Program-made: the position numbers and the translations under genes
DNA from: Candidatus Bathyarchaeum tardum
GTDB lineage: Archaea; Thermoproteota; Bathyarchaeia; Bathyarchaeales; Bathyarchaeaceae
DNA length: 64,000 bases
Direction: 5' to 3'
NCBI GenBank assembly: GCA_024650005.2
Contig: CP122380.1
Span: forward strand, 1,728,001-1,792,000
Notes under the pieces: generated by a model
Seen by the model: only the letters and a program-made list of their open reading frames with translations
Databases searched by the model: none
What the model was told of the DNA's origin: nothing
In this document: positions 1 through 8,637 of the stretch, one piece after another
Numbering within the stretch: the stretch's first letter is position 1
Layout of the letters: each line of letters starts with the position of its first letter

Positions 1-19
1 AGCAGACCTAGAAGCCAAT

Positions 20-658
20 GTGGTTGACGACAATATCTACCTGATAGGGGGGTCACAATACATAGATGTTTTTCCATTTAGTTCAGGAGGCAGCAACACA
101 AATGAAGTTTACAATCCAGCAAATGATTCTTGGACAACAAAAAATGAAATACCTAACAGCGTTTTTGGTTTCCCATCTGCAGTAGTTGGAAACAAAATCT
201 ATGTTATGGGCGGATGGTCTAAACTTACGTATAAGCTTAATCAAATATACGATACAGATGCTGATACATGGAGTTACGGAAAAAATCTAACGATTGACAC
301 GTTTAATGCTGGGGTAGGAATAACCACAGGTAACTTTGCCCCAGAAAAAATCTACATTTTCGGGACTCACCCACAATCAAACATTGCCGTGAACGTTACA
401 CAGATATACGATTATAAAAATGACACGTGGAGCCTTGGAACTCCAATGCCTACTGCCCGTTATGGATTAGAAGTTGCAGTAATAAACGATGAACTATATG
501 CCATTGGAGGAAAAAATCAGGACACATACTATGCAACAAACGAAAAATATACCCCAGCAGGGTACATACCAGAAATTCCAGATTGGCTAGTTGTTCCTGT
601 TTTTGGAGTCTTAACAATTTTAGCGATTACATTGTATAAAAAAATGAAAACTGGGTAA
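20..658 (+). CDS. Kelch-repeat surface protein, C-terminal part (probably starts before the window), with PEF-CTERM-like anchor
   Basis: Repeated IY-x-x-GG...Y-x-P-x-x-x-x-W kelch units; ends IPEIP + hydrophobic helix + KKMK. Confidence 0.85.
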   Translation: MVDDNIYLIGGSQYIDVFPFSSGGSNTNEVYNPANDSWTTKNEIPNSVFGFPSAVVGNKIYVMGGWSKLTYKLNQIYDTDADTWSYGKNLTIDTFNAGVGITTGNFAPEKIYIFGTHPQSNIAVNVTQIYDYKNDTWSLGTPMPTARYGLEVAVINDELYAIGGKNQDTYYATNEKYTPAGYIPEIPDWLVVPVFGVLTILAITLYKKMKTG

Positions 659-868
659 TCATAATTTCTGGCAATCAACTATTTTTAAACTAAATGTCAA
701 GCAAACATGATAGCAAAGCTCATATCTTATTTCCGAGAAATAGATTCTTAGAGATATTTATCCTAAAAAATAGTTCTGGTTAGCTCTTTGGGTCATTAAT
801 CCACAGAAAAGGTGAATAAATGCAACCAAATTTTTAGGTGAATACCTCAACAAACAATAAACTAGTAG

Positions 869-1264
869 GTGAAAAAGATGCCATATTGTCCTAAGTGTGG
901 CTCAGAAGTTAAAGAAGAGAATTCTTTTTGTCCCAAATGCGGTGCTGCTTTAAAGGCTACAGGGTCTACTCCGCCTAGATCGCCAGAATATCGTAGAAAC
1001 GAGAAGGCAGAAAAAAACGAAAAACAAGAAAAAAATGAAAAAAGCGGAAACGAAAAATATGAAAAACAACAGTTCGGCGTTTTCGGCCCTTTCATGGGGG
1101 GAGTTATCCTAATATTAGTTGGGTTAATGTTTTATCTTTCAGTGTCAGGCATCATTGAGTTTCGGTCAATTTTTCCTTTTGTTCTGATCATAATCGGGGC
1201 ATTAATCATAATCAGTGTGCTAACAGGTGCAATGAGAGCAAAACAACGAAACCCCAAACCCTAA
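869..1264 (+). CDS. Zinc-ribbon membrane protein
   Basis: CPKCG...CPKCG, EK-rich linker, two C-terminal TM helices. Confidence 0.8.
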   Translation: MKKMPYCPKCGSEVKEENSFCPKCGAALKATGSTPPRSPEYRRNEKAEKNEKQEKNEKSGNEKYEKQQFGVFGPFMGGVILILVGLMFYLSVSGIIEFRSIFPFVLIIIGALIIISVLTGAMRAKQRNPKP

Positions 1265-1322
1265 AACTGACATAGTGCTCCTGTCAACAATATTTGTAGT
1301 CAGCTTTCGGGATGAAACAACA

Positions 1323-2447
1323 ATGAGTGGCGTAGACATTCTAAATTATATCGTTAGTCCATGGCACGAAGCACTAAAAGATCCAGCACAGGCACAAAAC
1401 CAAATTTTAAAAAAATTGCTTGAAGGCTACGCCAAAACAGATTATGGAAAAAACCATTCTGCAGCTGAAATCAAAGATGGAATTGAATTTCGTGCCAAGT
1501 TTCCAACCATCAATTATTCGGGGCTTGGACCGTATTTTGAAGAAGTAAAAAACGGAAACTACTCCGCGATACTGCCTGAACCGCCCCTGTGTTGGGTAAT
1601 GACCAGGGGCTCTACAGGTAAGTCTAAGGTTATTCCAGTTACCAAATCGCATATTGAACAAATTTTTTCTTGTGGTGCCCGAGCCATAACTAACTATGCC
1701 CTGAGAAAAAACAGCATGGAAGTTTTAGATGGAAAGATATTGAACATGAATTTTCCGTCTACGGTAACTACCCTTGATTCCAAGGGACGAAAAATCACGT
1801 ACGGTTACAGTTCGGGAACCTACGCGAAACTGAATCCCATGCTGAATCAGGTTAGCCTTTTGCCCCGACAAGAAGAAATTGACGCTTTGGGTTCAGGAAT
1901 CACCCGCCCAGACTGGGAAAAAAGGTTTGAACTTGTCTATCAGCGTGCCTTAAATCAACAGGTAGTAGCAGCCATTGGAGTTACGCCGGTTATTTTGTCG
2001 TTTGCACAATATGTTAAACGAAAACATGCAAAAAATCCCAAAGATTTGTGGAACTTCAAGGTCCTAGTGTGCACCAGCGTGAGAAAAATTCAGTTCAAGT
2101 ATGGCCCAATTCTAAGAAAACTATTCGGCGATGTTCCTATTGTTGAAATGTACAGCGCCACCGAGGGCGCTTTTATGCAACAGTTGGATGATTTGCCGTA
2201 TGTTTCTCCTAACTATGATGCTTACTATTTTGAAGTCCAAACAAGCAAGGGAACCAAGATGCTTCATGAACTAAAACGGGGTGAATGGGGTCGATTGATT
2301 ATTTCTTCGTGTTTGTTTCCCCGTTATGACATTGGTGACTTGGTTGAAGCCATGGGGAAAAACTATTTTCGGGTAATTGGGCGAGCAAAACCCATGGTTT
2401 TACTGGAGCACAGGTTGTATCGGCTGTTTTTTGGTTGGCTCACCTAA
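1323..2447 (+). CDS. GH3-family (acyl-acid amido synthetase-like) protein, short form
   Basis: TRGSTGKSK-x-IP, YSATEG, RYDIGD motifs; ATG 1323 preferred over track start 1275. Confidence 0.8.
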   Translation: MSGVDILNYIVSPWHEALKDPAQAQNQILKKLLEGYAKTDYGKNHSAAEIKDGIEFRAKFPTINYSGLGPYFEEVKNGNYSAILPEPPLCWVMTRGSTGKSKVIPVTKSHIEQIFSCGARAITNYALRKNSMEVLDGKILNMNFPSTVTTLDSKGRKITYGYSSGTYAKLNPMLNQVSLLPRQEEIDALGSGITRPDWEKRFELVYQRALNQQVVAAIGVTPVILSFAQYVKRKHAKNPKDLWNFKVLVCTSVRKIQFKYGPILRKLFGDVPIVEMYSATEGAFMQQLDDLPYVSPNYDAYYFEVQTSKGTKMLHELKRGEWGRLIISSCLFPRYDIGDLVEAMGKNYFRVIGRAKPMVLLEHRLYRLFFGWLT

Positions 2448-2514
2448 CTGCACGAGAAACAGAAGGCTTTTTTATGCCTACGGGAATCAAAAATGCTTGC
2501 AGGAGAAATCGCAT

Positions 2515-4449
2515 ATGGGAAAAAGTGTAACTCAAAAGATACTGGAAAAACACATTGTAGAAGGCAAATTTGAACCAGGAACAGAAATTGCCATCAAAAT
2601 TGACCAAACTTTAACCCAGGATGCTACAGGAACTATGGCATATTTGCAGTTTGAAGCCATGGAAAAGCCCAGAGTAGAAACTGCACTTTCTGTGAGTTAC
2701 ATCGACCATAACACCATACAAATTGGGTTTGAAAACGCTGACGACCACCGTTACTTGCAATCCATTGCTGCAAAATATGGAATTTATTTATCCCGAGTAG
2801 GAAACGGAATCTGTCACCAAGTTCATCTGGAACGTTTTGGTAAACCCTACAAAACTTTGCTGGGTTCTGATAGTCACACCCCAACAGGTGGTGGAATTGG
2901 AATGATCGCCATCGGAGCCGGAGGTTTAGATGTTGCTGCAGCCATGGCTGGAGAGCCGTTTTATCTTATGTGCCCAAAGGTTACAAAAATCAATCTGAAA
3001 GGAAAACTGCAGCCCTGGGTTTCAGCAAAAGATGTTATCCTGAAAGTTTTGGAAATTTTTAGCACCAAAGGCAACGTTGGCACTGTCTTTGAGTACGGCG
3101 GCGAAGGGGTGAAAAGTTTGTCTGTTCCCGAACGGGCAACCATAACTAACATGGGAGCCGAATGTGGAGTAACTACATCGGTGTTTCCGTCTGACGAAGT
3201 CACCCGACAGTTTTTGAAAGCCCAAGGACGAGAACAAGACTGGACAGAAGTCAAAGCCGACTCCGATGCAACCTACGACAAAGTTGTGGATATTGACCTG
3301 AGCAAGATTGTTCCTTTGGCTGCATTTCCTCACAGTCCAGGTAATATCAAAACCGTGAAAGAGCTAGAGGGAACTGCGGTAAATCAGGTTTGTATTGGCA
3401 GCTGCACGAATTCTTCATATAAGGATTTGATGACGGTTTCCAAGATACTGAAAGGCAAAAAGGTTCATCCTTCAGTTAGTTTTGTGATTTCTCCGGGCTC
3501 AAAACAGGTTCTAGAAAACCTTACCCGGGATGGTGCGTTATCAGATTTGTTGGCTGCAGGCGCACGGATTACTGAGCCAGTTTGTGGTTTTTGTATCGGA
3601 AACAGTCAATCTCCTCAAACGAATGCAGTGTCGATTCGAACTTCTAATCGTAACTTTTTTGGGCGTTCAGGAACCAAATCTGCTGATGTTTATTTGACCA
3701 GCCCTGAAACAGCTGCAGCAGCAGTGAGTACAGGATGTTTTACGGATCCACGAGAGTTAGGCATGGATTATCCGAAAGTTGCTATGCCTGAAAAATTCTA
3801 CATTGATGATAGCATGATAGTTGTGCCTTCAAAATGTCCTGAAGAGGTTGAGATTTATCGGGGTCCAAACATTGTGGAGTTGCCCGATAACAAGCCCTTA
3901 GCTTACGATGTTTTAGGTGTTGTTACCATAAAAGTTGGGGACAAAATCACTACCGACCATATTATTCCTGCAGGCGCCAAAATGAAGTACCGTTCTAATG
4001 TTCCGAAATATTCCGAGTTTGTCTTTGAAATCGTGGACGAAACCTTCCCCCAACGAGCCGCCCAAATCAGGGACTCGGGAAAAAACAACATCATAATAGG
4101 TGGATTAAGTTACGGTCAAGGCAGTTCCCGGGAGCATGCAGCGCTTTGTCCAATGTTTTTAGGGGTAAAAGTTGTAATTGCAAAATCCTTTGAGAGAATT
4201 CATTCTGCTAATTTGATTAATTTTGGGATTGTGCCCTTGACTTTTCAAACAGAAACAGATTACGACCAAATTAACCAAGGGGACCAAATCAAAATCGAAA
4301 ACATACGAGAAGCCATTAGCCAAAACAAGCCGTTGACGGTAAAGAATCTAACAAAAAATCAAGAGATCCAAGTAAATTACCTTCTTTCTCAAAGACAACG
4401 CAGCATTATTCTAGCAGGTGGAATGCTCGCTTACATCAAAAACAAATAG
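2515..4449 (+). CDS. Aconitate hydratase (single-chain aconitase family)
   Basis: GICHQ, DSHT, IGSCTN, CGFCIG Fe-S motifs, TTDHI and GSSREHA swivel domain; start MGKSVTQK at 2515. Confidence 0.9.
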   Translation: MGKSVTQKILEKHIVEGKFEPGTEIAIKIDQTLTQDATGTMAYLQFEAMEKPRVETALSVSYIDHNTIQIGFENADDHRYLQSIAAKYGIYLSRVGNGICHQVHLERFGKPYKTLLGSDSHTPTGGGIGMIAIGAGGLDVAAAMAGEPFYLMCPKVTKINLKGKLQPWVSAKDVILKVLEIFSTKGNVGTVFEYGGEGVKSLSVPERATITNMGAECGVTTSVFPSDEVTRQFLKAQGREQDWTEVKADSDATYDKVVDIDLSKIVPLAAFPHSPGNIKTVKELEGTAVNQVCIGSCTNSSYKDLMTVSKILKGKKVHPSVSFVISPGSKQVLENLTRDGALSDLLAAGARITEPVCGFCIGNSQSPQTNAVSIRTSNRNFFGRSGTKSADVYLTSPETAAAAVSTGCFTDPRELGMDYPKVAMPEKFYIDDSMIVVPSKCPEEVEIYRGPNIVELPDNKPLAYDVLGVVTIKVGDKITTDHIIPAGAKMKYRSNVPKYSEFVFEIVDETFPQRAAQIRDSGKNNIIIGGLSYGQGSSREHAALCPMFLGVKVVIAKSFERIHSANLINFGIVPLTFQTETDYDQINQGDQIKIENIREAISQNKPLTVKNLTKNQEIQVNYLLSQRQRSIILAGGMLAYIKNK

Positions 4450-4565
4450 CAACAACTTTCCAAAAGTAGGGAGATATTTTGTGTCCCAACTTTTTATTTT
4501 CTGATGAATTAATTACCAAAAAAATAATGGTTTTGGGTTGAAACCTCAAGATAGAGTATAGAAAA

Positions 4566-5534
4566 CTACTCTAAAAACACAGAACCGACATATTTGTTCC
4601 AACCAGATTGAAAGCTTTCATTAGATGAGTCTTTTTTTGCCCGTATGTATTGGGTAATTCTTGCGCTCATCAAGTCAGCGTAATGGAGAGCTGCTGCTTC
4701 AGGTAATTTTGGCTCTACAACTGCACCATATTCTAGTTTACCATGATGGCTCAAAATCATATGAACGATTTTATCTTTTAAAAGTACAGGAAAATTAGTT
4801 TGTTTAGAAATTTTGTCACATATCATCTCGGTTGCAATAGGAATGTGCCCAAGCAGAACGCCAGGTTTTGAGTGTTTGATGCAGGTTGAAACTTCGTAGG
4901 ATTTTATTTTTCCAATATCATGCAAGATTGCTCCAGTTAACAGCAAGCATTTGTCAAGGGACGGATGCATATCACTGATCGCTTTGCAGTAGTTCATTAC
5001 TTCCCAGGTGTGTTCTAGCAAGCCTCCGACGCAGGAGTGGTGAATCTGAATTGCAGCAGGGGATTTTTTGAAATCGTTTACAAAATGTTCATCATCAAAG
5101 AGGTCTTCAAAAAGTTTTTTCAAGTAAAGATTCTCAAACTCGTTTATTGTTTCGATTAGGTCTGTCCACATTTTTTCAATATTTTGATTGGTAGAAACAA
5201 TAAAGTCAACCAAATCATATTCGTTGGATTCTGCAAGGCGTATGATGCCTAAACCTTCGTTAACGTCAATTTTTTTTCCTCGGAATTCTCCAACTTTTCC
5301 GGATACATAAATTATCGAATCTTCCTGGACAGAATCAAATATTTGTTGAACTGCATCTTCTGCTTTTCCACCCCAATAGTTGAGTACAATTTCGCCACTT
5401 TTGTCGACAAGATACAAATTGAACATATAACCGTTAGAATACGATTTCATAGGATTTCGACGTTTAACACAAAAAAAAGAACCAACATTAGTTCCATTAC
5501 TTAGAGTCTTTATCTCACTGATCAAAGTCTTCAT
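4566..5534 (-). CDS. YhaM/Cbf1-like 3'-5' exoribonuclease (OB fold + HD domain)
   Basis: N-terminal OB-fold pattern; HH...GGLLEHT, LHDIGK, ILSHHG, HYAD. Confidence 0.85.
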   Translation of the reverse strand: MKTLISEIKTLSNGTNVGSFFCVKRRNPMKSYSNGYMFNLYLVDKSGEIVLNYWGGKAEDAVQQIFDSVQEDSIIYVSGKVGEFRGKKIDVNEGLGIIRLAESNEYDLVDFIVSTNQNIEKMWTDLIETINEFENLYLKKLFEDLFDDEHFVNDFKKSPAAIQIHHSCVGGLLEHTWEVMNYCKAISDMHPSLDKCLLLTGAILHDIGKIKSYEVSTCIKHSKPGVLLGHIPIATEMICDKISKQTNFPVLLKDKIVHMILSHHGKLEYGAVVEPKLPEAAALHYADLMSARITQYIRAKKDSSNESFQSGWNKYVGSVFLE

Positions 5535-5741
5535 TTTAAATCAACAGCCCGCAATATTACACCCATAGAGATTAACAACTCAAATTTTAGCTTTTAAGTA
5601 ATTTCACCAAGACAAACATAAAAATATAGCAGAAAAAATTGATCTTCAAAAAACAAATTGTAAGCTAGCTAGAATTTTTTCTTGAAGAAGGAAACTATAA
5701 GCATTTTTGTTAAGATACTTTGACTAAATTTTGATTTTGAA

Positions 5742-6302
5742 TTATTTGAGCCATTCTGCCAAGGTTACTTGGTTGGTATTGCCTGTTTTTTCGAGGGTTA
5801 CCATTCCTCGCTCTGCGAAGCGTGCTAGTATCCTGTGGGTTTTAAGCCTGCTGAGCCCTGCTTCGTGGCGTATGTATTTTTGTAGATAAGTTCCATTGTG
5901 GTTTTTCAGGACGGTTAAGACTTTGTGTTCGTCTTCGTTGAGGGTTTTTAGAACTGATTCATATGAAGACAAGTTTTGATTTTCTGATTGGCTACTACTG
6001 CTGGTTTGTTGGGGTTGAGGCACATTTTTGATCTCGGGAAACAGGTAAAAATAGGTTAATCCGGCAACTCCGATTATTGCAATTCCAGCTATGACTATTA
6101 GTAAGATTCCGTAGATGTTCAAAAGTGGGTCTGTAACGGGATAGTTTCCGCGCATCCAGTCGCCCATGCAACTCCACATGTTGTCAACCCATCCAGTTTG
6201 GGTTGAAGTAGGTGGAGTTAGCATAAATCCTGCAATCAAAAGTATTGCTAGGAAAAAAATAGATGCAAAGAACAAAATTAAGAAAAACGCAAGTTTCTTC
6301 AA
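5742..6302 (-). CDS. Membrane-anchored winged-helix transcriptional regulator (2 TM + C-terminal wHTH)
   Basis: Two hydrophobic helices flanking a Met/Cys/Trp loop; C-terminal L-x-EDE..VL...GLSRLKTHRIL...ERGMV..EKTG-x-TN. Confidence 0.8.
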   Translation of the reverse strand: MKKLAFFLILFFASIFFLAILLIAGFMLTPPTSTQTGWVDNMWSCMGDWMRGNYPVTDPLLNIYGILLIVIAGIAIIGVAGLTYFYLFPEIKNVPQPQQTSSSSQSENQNLSSYESVLKTLNEDEHKVLTVLKNHNGTYLQKYIRHEAGLSRLKTHRILARFAERGMVTLEKTGNTNQVTLAEWLK

Positions 6303-6357
6303 GATTTAACCCAGTTTATATTCTCATGTAGAAATTTAAAGTACTTGACTTTTAGTG

Positions 6358-6968
6358 ATGAAAGAGGGCTAATTCAGGTTCTGGTCTGCGTAAAAAAGCG
6401 TTGATTCTGGTTTGGATAGGAGAAATTTGGAACGTTTTTGAAGCCACCATAGCAATCTGGGCAGCGTTGCTTGCAGGCAGTGTGGCTTTGCTTGCTTTTG
6501 GGTTAGACAGCATTATTGAACTGTTTGCTGGTGCAGTAATGATTTGGCGTTTTTGGAGAGAACACGAAAACCAAGAAACCGAAACAGAACAAAAAGCGTT
6601 AAGACTTATTGGTTTGACTTTCTTTTTGCTCGCCGCGTTTATTGTGCTTCAGTCAGTTGCAAGTTTACCGGGTTATTTTGGAGCACCTAAGGAAAGCCCA
6701 GCAGGCATTTTCATTACGGTTTCAAGTGCAGTTTTGATGACGGTCCTGTTCTTTTATAAAACCCGAATTGCAAAACAGATGGTTCCCGAGCATTACGTGC
6801 AGAAGCTTACGAAAGCCTTTTTGTGATTTACAAGACCTTGTAGTTTTAGTTGGTTTGGGTTTAAACAGCCTTTTTGGCTGGTGGTGGGCAGATCCGGTGA
6901 TGGCGTTGGTGCTTGTTCCTTTGTTAATCAAAGAAGGCTTAGAGTCTTTTGAAGAAGAAAAAGACTAG
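6358..6968 (+). pseudogene. Cation-efflux (CDF-like) transporter with three frameshifts
   Basis: [24 protein letters not shown] and WWWADP motifs lie in three frames; repairing +1A (6361-63), -1G (6781-82) and -1T (6818-22) gives one 203-aa ORF. Confidence 0.75.
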
Positions 6969-6973
6969 AAATC

Positions 6974-7016
6974 GTTTCAGAACTGTTTCAAAACCGTTTC
7001 AGTGAACACTCTTAAG
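6974..7016 (+). promoter_or_regulatory. Promoter 1: GTTTCA x3 (6974, 6985, 6996) + GAAC (7004) + CTTAAG (7011)
   Basis: Exact 11-bp period; same spacing recurs at 7387-7429. Confidence 0.75.
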
Positions 7017-7051
7017 ACCTCACCTACCTGTATTATTGTAGGTGAAACATA

Positions 7052-7243
7052 TTGTGCATGTCATGCGGTTGGGGATTATGGCCTTTGCTCGCCGTTTCTA
7101 CGTGCAGTGCAGCTCATGTGCATTCTCACGCTGAAGCCTCCAGTAATGGAGAAAAAGCAATCGACATCTTAAAACAAAGATACGCTAAAGGCGAGATAAA
7201 TAAGGAAACATTCCTTGAAATGAAAAAAGACCTCGAACTCTGA
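7052..7243 (+). CDS. SHOCT-domain microprotein, Cys/His-rich N-terminus
   Basis: AIDILKQRYAKGEINKETF SHOCT motif; GGTGA RBS at 7041. Confidence 0.8.
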   Translation: MCMSCGWGLWPLLAVSTCSAAHVHSHAEASSNGEKAIDILKQRYAKGEINKETFLEMKKDLEL

Positions 7244-7386
7244 AAAAACAGTTCATAACAGTGGACTAAAAATTTCAGAATAAGTTTGGTTTTTTTTATT
7301 TTTTGTATCTAATTTTTGTTTTTTAGTTAAAGGGGCATTTTGTTGTTGGTTCATTGGTGAAATGCGCGGAATTTGTTTCTGGAACC

Positions 7387-7429
7387 GTTTCATTATTGTT
7401 TCAGTTTTGTTTCAGCGAACTTACTTAAG
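7387..7429 (+). promoter_or_regulatory. Promoter 2: GTTTCA x3 (7387, 7398, 7409) + GAAC (7417) + CTTAAG (7424)
   Basis: Offsets identical to promoter 1; an extra GTTTCT at 7375. Confidence 0.75.
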
Positions 7430-7450
7430 GCCCCTATAACAGTGTTATAG

Positions 7451-7732
7451 TTGGTGAATGAAATGAGAACAAACAAATTAATCATAATCGGAATCGCCCT
7501 TGTTGCTGTAGGTCTTTTGGCAACAGGAATCGCCTTCGCACATTACGTAACCAATCCATCAACTGGTTACAATTACGGTCCTTACCGGGACAACACCGGT
7601 AATTGGGAAGGATGCTACGACGGATACTATGGACCCTACGGGTATCAACAAACTGCTGAGCCATACAATGGCCAACCCCCTCAAGATCACTACGGTCCCC
7701 AAAGTTATGGACGGGGATGCTGGGGCAGGTAA
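7451..7732 (+). CDS. Secreted or membrane-anchored Tyr/Gly/Pro-rich small protein
   Basis: N-terminal signal/TM segment, YGPY repeats, C-terminal GRGCWGR; real start may be ATG 7463 after GGTGA. Confidence 0.7.
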   Translation: MVNEMRTNKLIIIGIALVAVGLLATGIAFAHYVTNPSTGYNYGPYRDNTGNWEGCYDGYYGPYGYQQTAEPYNGQPPQDHYGPQSYGRGCWGR

Positions 7733-7765
7733 ACCCCAAGTTTACCTTTTGGAGGTGAAAGCAAT

Positions 7766-8002
7766 TTGATGTGGTTTGGATGGGGCTTTATGATCTGGGG
7801 ACCAATATGTCTCATATTAGTCGCAGTAGGAATTTACTACCTCATAAAGTCACAAACACACGACACTTGTTCAGCGCATGCACCAACTCCGCAAAAACAA
7901 ACAACCAGCAGCAGAGCAATTGAATTACTAAAAGAACGCTACGCCAAAGGCGAAATAACAAAAGAACAGTTCCAAGAAATGAAACACGACCTACAACAGT
8001 AA
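7766..8002 (+). CDS. SHOCT-domain membrane microprotein
   Basis: One TM; AIELLKERYAKGEITKEQF; GGAGGTGA RBS. Confidence 0.85.
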   Translation: MMWFGWGFMIWGPICLILVAVGIYYLIKSQTHDTCSAHAPTPQKQTTSSRAIELLKERYAKGEITKEQFQEMKHDLQQ

Positions 8003-8065
8003 GTTGTATTCCATAAATCTAAACTTCCTTTTTTCTTTTAATTTTTTGTAAGGGGAGAGAATAAC

Positions 8066-8356
8066 ATGGTCTTTATCTATTGTAAAACTTCAGATGACCT
8101 CAAACAGGTCGGACAATTAATTTGCACAGAAAACACTGTTGCAGGCAAAGATGATCACGCATGGAAAACTGAAGAATCAGACGACGACTGCTACGCCATA
8201 CAAACAAGCTGCAACAAAAACACCGCAGCAATACTCTCCCAAATAAGCAACAACGTAATCTGTATAGAAACCGACGACAACTGCGCACCAAAAATAATTG
8301 AACCCTTAATCAAAAAATACGGATTCAACCAAGTCAAATGGCTACTAACAAAATAA
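8066..8356 (+). CDS. Hypothetical Cys-rich protein
   Basis: ATG with GGGGAG RBS; six Cys; no family recognised. Confidence 0.6.
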   Translation: MVFIYCKTSDDLKQVGQLICTENTVAGKDDHAWKTEESDDDCYAIQTSCNKNTAAILSQISNNVICIETDDNCAPKIIEPLIKKYGFNQVKWLLTK

Positions 8357-8489
8357 CTGCCATAGTTTCTAATTTTTTTCTTCTGAAATAGTTATTTTGG
8401 TGTTTTGTGGATAAGGTTAGCTTTGCCAAATTTAATGTCAAAACAGTAATTATAGACTGTCTTTTTCAACCTTGCGTGTAAAAGTTGTT

Positions 8490-8532
8490 AGTAGTTGTTG
8501 TTTTTTGTGTAGGAGCAGTCACAACAACTACT
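8490..8532. repeat. 12-bp inverted repeat AGTAGTTGTTGT / ACAACAACTACT
   Basis: Perfect arms, 19-nt spacer. Confidence 0.6.
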
Positions 8533-8573
8533 TCTAGAGGGATATTATTGTTCACTAAGGTGTTTTGCCGTTG

Positions 8574-8606
8574 TATTATAGTATTGTTACTATAATATTA
8601 TAGTAA
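8574..8606. promoter_or_regulatory. Putative operator: three TATTATAGTA units including a perfect 20-bp palindrome (8587-8606)
   Basis: TTACTATAATATTATAGTAA directly before TATA-like CTTATAT (8609) and ATG 8638. Confidence 0.65.
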
Positions 8607-8637
8607 TTCTTATATGTTTGATTTATTTTAGTTAGTT

